NCBI RefSeq assembly: GCF_009914755.1
Contig: NC_060948.1
Length of the DNA: 64,000 nt
Source of the DNA: the human T2T-CHM13v2.0 reference genome, Homo sapiens
Strand: one strand, 5' to 3'
A program made the translations under genes and the position numbers. Each line of letters begins with the position of its first letter. The stretch's first letter is position 1. Shown one piece after another: positions 57,080 to 64,000 of the stretch. Below the pieces are notes generated by a model that was not told the origin of the DNA, searched no databases, and was given only the letters and a program-made list of their open reading frames with translations.

Positions 57080-60000
57080 GGCCTGGAATAAAGTGGAATG
57101 CTACGGTCTCGAATGGAATAAAAATGTATGGAATGGAATGCAATGAAACGGAATCGAATGTCATAGAATGTAATGGAATGCAAAAAAATGGAATCCAAAA
57201 TCATTGACTGGAAAGGCTGGGTGTCGAAAGGAATTGACTCCAATGGAATGGAATCGAATGGAATGGAAGTGAATAGAATCGAACTAAATCGAATGGAATG
57301 GAATTGATAGGAACGGAATGGAAAGGAATGCAATGATTTGGCATGGAATGGAATCGAATGGCATCGAATGGAATGGAATGGAATGCAATGGAATGGAATG
57401 TATTAGAATGTAATGAACTTTAATGGAATGTACTCGAATGGATTCGACTGGAATGGAATGTTCTGGAAGTGAATGGACTCCAATGGAATGGATTCAAAAG
57501 GAATGGAATCGTACGGAATGGAATCTAATGGAATGGAATTAAATGGAAATGAATCAAATTGAATAGCACGGAATTGAATTGAATGGAATGGAATGCAATG
57601 GAATCTAATGAAACGGAAAGGAAAGGAATGGAATGGAATGGAATGGACTGGAATGGAAAGGAATCGAAACGAATGGAATGGAATCGAACTGAAGAGACTG
57701 GAATGGAATGCACTGGAATGGAAGGGAGTGTAATGGAAGGTTCTCGAAAAAAATGCAATCGAATGGAATGGAATTGAATGGAACGGAATAGAGTCGAATG
57801 GAATTGAATGGAATGGAATGGACTAGAGTGAAATGGAATCGAACCACAAGGAATGGACAGGAATAGAATGGTCTCGAATTGAATGGAATCGTATGGAATG
57901 GCATCAAACGGAATGGAATGGACAGCCACGGAATGGAATGCACTCGAATGCAATGGAGTCGAAACTAATGGACTGGAATAGAATGGACTCGACTGGTACG
58001 GACTCCAATGGAATGGAATCGAATGGAAGGGAATCGAACGGAATGGACTCGAAGGGAAAAGACTGCAATGGAAAGGTCTCGAATGGAATGGAAATTAATG
58101 GAATGGAATGGAATCGAATGAAATGGAGTCAAAAGGAATGGAATCGAATGGCAAGAAATCGAATGTAATGGAATCGCAAGGAATTGATGTGAACGGAATG
58201 GAATGGAATGGAATCCAAAGGAATGGAATAGAATGGAATGGAATCGAATGGAAAGGACTCGAATGGAAATCACTCGAATAGAATGCAATTTAATAAAATA
58301 GGATCAAATGTAATGGAATGCAATGGAAAGCAATCGAAACGAAAGGAATGGAGACAGATGGAATGGAATAGAACAGAGAGCAATGGTATAGAATGGAATG
58401 GAATCATCTGGAATGGAATTGAATGGAATGGAATAATATGAAATGGAATGGAATGGAATGGAATGGAATGCCCTTGTATTAAATGGACTGGAATGGAATG
58501 GACTCGAACAGAGTGGAATGGAAAGTGTTGAGATAGAATGGAATGGACTCCTTTGGAATGGTGTAGTATGCAATACAATCGACTGGCAGGGAATCAAAAG
58601 GAATGTAATCGAATGGATTGGACTGGAATGCAATGGACTCGAATAGATTGCAAACGGAATGCAAAGGAATGGAATGGAATAGTATGGAATGGAATGGAAA
58701 GGAATGGAGTGGAATAGACTAGAGTGGAATGGAATGGACTGGAAAGCAATGGACTGGAATGGAACTTTCTTGAATGGACTGGAATCAAACGGAATGGAAT
58801 GCAATGCAATCAAATGGCATGGAATAAAATAGAATGAAAGAGAATCAAATGGAATTGAATCGAATGGAATCGAATGGATTGGAAAGAATAGAATGGAATG
58901 GAATGGAATGGACTAGAATGGAATGGATTCGAATGGAAGGCAAAGGAATGGAATCTATTGGAATGGACTGTAATGGAATGGAATGGAAGGGATTGGAATG
59001 GACTCGAATGGAATTGACTGCAATAGAAAGGATTCGAATGGAATGAAAAAGAATTGAATGGAATAGAACAGAATGGAATCAAATCGAATGAAATGGAATG
59101 GAATAGAAAGGAATGGAATGAAATGGAATGGAAAGGATTCGAATGGAATGCAATCGAATGGAATGGAATCGAACGGAATGGAATAAAATGGAAGAAAACT
59201 GGCAAGAAATGGAATCGAAATGAATGGAGTGTTATGGAACGGACTCAAAAGGAATTGAATGTAATAGAATGGAGTGGAGTGGACTCGAATATAATGGACT
59301 GGAATGGAATGAAATCACATGGAATGGGAACGAATGGAATGGAATGGAAAGGAATGGAATGGAATGGAAAGGAATCGAATGGAAGGGAATGAAATTGAAT
59401 CAACAGGAATGGAAGGGAATAGAATAGACGGTAATGGAATGGACTCGAATAGAATGGACACGAATGCTCAAATTGAATGGACTCGAAAGGAATGGAAAGG
59501 AAAGGAATGTCATCGAATGGAATTGAATCGATTGGAATGAAATCGCATAGAATGGAGTGGAATCAAATGGAATTGAATCGAAAGGAAAGGAAGCGAATGG
59601 ACTGAAATGAAATGGAATGGAATTGAATGGAAAGTAATGCAATGGAATAGAATGGAACGAAATTTCACGGAATGGAATCAAACTGAATGGAATCAAATCA
59701 ATGGAATCTAATCAAATGGAATGGAAAGGAATTGAATGGAGTAGATTGGATTGGATGGGATTGGAATGAAATGTACTGGAAAGGACTCGAATTTCATGAA
59801 ACGGAATGGAATGAATTGGAACGGAATGGACTCGAATGGAATGGAATGTCATCGAATGGCATCAAATGGAATGGCATCAAATGGAATGGAATCGAATGCA
59901 ATGGAATGCTATGGAATGGAATGGAATGCATTGGAATGGAATGTCCTCTAATGGAATGGATTCGAGTGGAATGGAATCGAATATAATGGAGTCGAATGAA

Positions 60001-60612
60001 ATGGAATTGAAAAGAATGGGATCGAATACAATGGAATATACTGGAATGTAATGTAATGAACTCGAATGTAATTGACTGGAATGGAATGTACATGAATGGA
60101 ATGTAATCGAATGGAAAGTAATCCAATGGAATAGAATGTAATGCAATAAAATCGACTCAGATAGAGTAGAATGTAATGGAATGGAGTGCAGTGCAATGGA
60201 ATGGAATGGAATGGAATGCAATGGAATGGAATGGAATGGAATGGAATGGGATGGAATGGTATGGAATGGATAGTAATGGACTGGAGTGAAATGGACTGGA
60301 ATGGAATGGACTCAAATTGAAAGGGCTCGAAAGGAATGGAGACAAATGGAATGGTCTGGAATGGAATGAACACGAATGTAATGCAATCCAATAGAATGGA
60401 GTCGAATGGCATGGAATATAAAGAAATGGAATCGAAGAGAATGGAAACAAATGGAATGGAATTGAATGGAATGGAATTGAATGGAATGGGAACGAATGGA
60501 GTGAAATTGTATGCAGTAGAAGAGAATAGAATGGAATGCAAGCGAAAGGAAAGGAATGGATTGGAATGGAATGGAATTCATTGGAATGGAAGGGAATGTA
60601 GTGTAATGGACA
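57080..60612 (+). repeat. DYZ1 monomer U17 (3533 bp)
   Basis: GGCC interval; 1-bp and 15-bp deletions at ~58886-58910. Confidence 0.93.
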
Positions 60613-63600
60613 GGCCTGGAATAAAGTGGAATGCTACGGTCTCGAATGGTATAAAAATGTATGGAATGGAATGCAATGAAACGGAATCGAATGTCATAGA
60701 ATGTAATGGAATGCAAAAAAATGGAATCCAAAATCATTGACTGGAAAGGCTGGGTGTCGAAAGGAATTGACTCCAATGGAATGGAATCGAATGGAATGGA
60801 AGTGAATAGAATCGAACTAAATCGAATGGAATGGAATTGATAGGAACGGAATGGAAAGGAATGCAATGATTTGGCATGGAATGCAATCGAATGGCATCGA
60901 ATGGAATGGAATGGAATGCAATGGAATGGAATGTATTAGAATGTAATGAACTTTAATGGAATGTACTCGAATGGATTCGACTGGAATGGAATGTTCTGGA
61001 AGTGAATGGACTCCAATGGAATGGATTCCAAAGGAATGGAATCGTACGGAATGGAATCTAATGGAATGGAATTAAATGGAAATGAATCAAATTGAATAGC
61101 ACGGAATTGAATTGAATGGAATGGAATGCAATGGAATCTAATGAAACGGAAAGGAAAGGAATGGAATGGAATGGAATGGGCTGGAATGGAAAGGAATCGA
61201 AACGAATGGAATGGAATCGAACTGAAGAGACTGGAATGGAATGCACTGGAATGGAAGGGAGTGTAATGGAAGGTTCTCGAAAAAAATGCAATCGAATGGA
61301 ATGGAATTGAATGGAACGGAATAGAGTCGAATGGAATTGAATGGAATGGAATGGACTAGAGTGAAATGCAATCGAACCACAAGGAATGGACAGGAATAGA
61401 ATGGTCTCGAATTGAATGGAATCGTATGGAATGGCATCAAACGGAATGGAATGGACAGCCACGGAATGGAATGCACTCGAATGCAATGGAGTCGAAACTA
61501 ATGGACTGGAATAGAATGGACTCGACTGGTACGGACTCCAATGGAATGGAATCGAATGGAAGGGAATCGAACGGAATGGACTCGAAGGGAAAAGACTGCA
61601 ATGGAAAGGTCTCGAATGGAATGGAAATTAATTGAATGGAATGGAATCGAATGAAATGGAGTCAAAAGGAATGGAATCGAATGGCAAGAAATCGAATGTA
61701 ATGGAATCGCAAGGAATTGATGTGAACGGAACGGAATGGAATGGAATCCAAAGGAATGGAATATAATGGAATGGAATCGAATGGAAAGGACTCGAATGGA
61801 AATCACTCGAATAGAATGCAATTTAATAAAATAGGATCAAATGTAATGGAATGGAATGGAAAGGAATCGAAACGAAAGGAATGGAGACAGATGGAATGGA
61901 ATGGAACAGAGAGCAATGGTATAGAATGGAATGGAATCATCTGGAATGGAATTGAATGGAATGGAATAATATGAAATGGAATGGAATGGAATGGAATGGA
62001 ATGCCCTTGAATTAAATGGACCGGACTCGAACAGAGTGGAATGGAAAGTGTTGAGATAGAATGGAATGGACTCCTTTGGAATGGTGTAGTATGCAATGCA
62101 ATCGACTGGCAGGGAATCAAAAGGAATGTAATGGAATGGATTGGACTGGAATGCAATGGACTCGAATAGATTGGAAACGGAATGCAAAGGAATAGAATGG
62201 AATAGTATGGAATGGAATGGAAAGGAATGGAGTGGAATAGACTAGAGTGGAATGGAATGGACTGGAAAGCAATGGACTGGAATGGAACTTTCTTGAATGG
62301 ACTGGAATCAAACGGAATGGAATGCAATGCAATCAAATGGCATGGAATAACATAGAATGAAAGAGAATCAAATGGAATTGAATCGAATGGAATCGAATGG
62401 ATTGGAAAGGAATAGAATGGAATGGAATGGAATTGACTCAAATGGAATGGACTAGAATGGAATGGATTCGAATGGAAGGCAAAGGAATGGAATCTATTGG
62501 AATGGACTGTAATGGAATGGAATGGAAGGGATTGGAATGGACTCGAATGGAATGGACTGCAATAGAAAGGACTCGAATGGAATGAAAAAGAATTGAATGG
62601 AATAGAACAGAATGGAATCAAATCGAATGAAATGGAATGGAATAGAAAGGAATGGAATGAAATGGAATGGAAAGGATTCGAATGGAATGCAATCGAATGG
62701 AATGGAATCGAACGGAATGGAATAAAATGGAAGAAAACTGGCAAGAAATGGAATCGAAAGGAATGGAGTGTTATGGAACGGACTCAAAATGAATTGAATG
62801 TAATAGAATGGAGTGGAGTGGACTCGAATATAATGGACTGGAATGGAATGAAATCACATGGAATGGGAACGAATGGAATGGAATGGAAAGGAATGGAATC
62901 GAATGGAAAGGAATCGAATGGAAGGGAATGAAATTGAATCAACAGGAATGGAAGGGAATAGAATAGACGGTAATGGAATGGACTCGAATAGAATGGACAC
63001 GAATGCTCAAATTGAATGGACTCGAATGGAATGGAAACGAAAGGAATGTCATCGAATGGAATTGAATCGATTGGAATGAAATGGCATAGAATGGAGTGGA
63101 ATCAAATGGAATTGAATCGAAAGGAAAGGAAGCGAAGGGACTGAAATTAAATGGAATGGAATTGAATGGAAAGTAATGCAATGGAATAGAATGGAACGAA
63201 ATTTCACGGAATGGAATCAAACTGAATGGAATCAAATCAATGGAATCTAATCAAATGGAATGGAAAGGAATTGAATGGAATAGATTGGATTGGATGGGAT
63301 TGGAATGAAATGTACTGGAAAGGACTCGAATTTCATGAAACGGAATGGAATGAATTGGAACGGAGTGGACTCGAATGGAATGGAATGTCATGGAATGGCA
63401 TCAAATGGAATGGCATCAAATGGAATGGAATCGAATGCAATGGAATGCTATGGAATGGAATGGAATGCATTGGAATGGAATGTCCTCTAATGGAATGGAT
63501 TCGAGTGGAATGGAATCGAATATAATGGAGTCGAATGAAATGGAATTGAAAGGAATGGGATCGAATACAATGGAATATACTGGAATGTAATGTAATGAAC

Positions 63601-64000
63601 TCGAATGTAATTGACTGGAATGGAATGTACATGAATGGAATGTAATCGAATGGAAAGTAATCCAATGGAATAGAATCTAATGCAATAAAATCGACTCAGA
63701 TAGAGTAGAATGTAATGGAATGGAGTGCAGTGCAATGCAATTGAATGGAATGGAATGCAATGGAATGGAATGGAATGGAATGGAATGGAATGGAATGGAA
63801 TGGGATGGAATGGTATGGAATGGATAGTAATGGACTGGAGTGAAATGGACTGGAAAGGAATGGACTCAAATTGAAAGGGCTCGAAAGGAATGGAGTCAAA
63901 TGGAATGGTCTGGAATGGAATGAACACGAATGTAATGCAATCCAATAGAATGGAATCGAATGGCATGGAATATAAAGAAATGGAATCGAAGAGAATGGAA
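60613..64000 (+). repeat. DYZ1 monomer U18 (truncated by window end), near-copy of U16
   Basis: Matches U16 at offset 7072, including GCAATGCAATTG at ~63732. Confidence 0.92.

Larger units (their letters stand above)
1..64000 (+). repeat. DYZ1: Human satellite III (HSat3) array, DYZ1 family (Yq12 heterochromatin), ~18 tandem units averaging ~3.54 kb, GGAAT strand on +
   Basis: Seen: continuous degenerate GGAAT pentamers. Unique landmarks (GGACAGGCCTGG, GGCTGGGTGTCG, GACAGCCACG, TTTAATAAAATAGG) recur every ~3.5-3.6 kb. GGCC sites are at 383, 3932, 7481, 11020, 14574, 18069, 21603, 25151, 28675, 32223, 35747, 39320, 42844, 46448, 50002, 53541, 57080 and 60613 (mean spacing ~3543 bp). Known: DYZ1 is the ~3.56 kb HaeIII/EcoRI male-specific HSat3 repeat. 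Confidence 0.97.

Noticed and set aside
1-64000. CRISPR-like or prokaryotic repeat-spacer system
   Set aside because: There is no constant repeat with unique spacers and no cas-like ORF. The variation is pentamer degeneracy copied at a 3.5-kb period.
1-64000. HSat2, chr9 HSat3 or alpha satellite assignment; DYZ2, Alu or L1 insertions; inversions
   Set aside because: The HSat2-type CATTCGATTC/ATGATG pattern is not dominant and there is no 171-bp period. No AT-rich/Alu DYZ2 sequence and no switch to CATTC on the + strand were seen.
53300-64000. Same 7072-bp offset as the 21.4-35.6 kb duplication, suggesting one conserved higher-order repeat
   Set aside because: The component lengths (3539+3533 versus 3548+3524) and diagnostic variants differ. 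With lengths constrained mod 5, the match is a plausible coincidence.
1-64000. Abundant TCGA (TaqI) CpGs with scattered TCAA/TTGA variants
   Set aside because: This is the expected HSat3 variant pentamer and ordinary methyl-CpG decay. It is not a CpG island or promoter.

Overview
The whole 64 kb window is one uninterrupted, single-orientation block of human satellite III, with degenerate (GGAAT)n on the + strand and (CATTC)n on the - strand. It is organised as about 18 head-to-tail copies of a ~3.5-3.6 kb unit with one HaeIII/StuI site (AGGCCT) per unit. Unit size, restriction pattern and exact matches to the classic Y-sexing PCR primer sites (recalled from memory) identify it as DYZ1 of human Yq12 heterochromatin. 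There are no credible genes, mobile elements, DYZ2 blocks or inversions, and all listed ORFs are by-products of translating the pentamer. I found no new protein-coding system. Three non-coding structures stand out. (i) Each monomer carries up to three perfect, phase-locked heat-shock elements (nGAAnnTTCnnGAAn; 49 intact of 54 positions by my manual count) within a dense field of TEAD-type GGAATG motifs. (ii) Private variants reveal nested monomer and dimer duplications (offsets 7098, 3495/3509, 7072, 7097, 3604, 3539, 7072), whose order can be partly reconstructed. (iii) Indels are largely 15 bp long, four register shifts are fixed in every unit, and one pure-pentamer tract is hypervariable. 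All coordinates and counts were read by eye and need computational confirmation. Units U1-U18 are numbered from successive GGCC sites.
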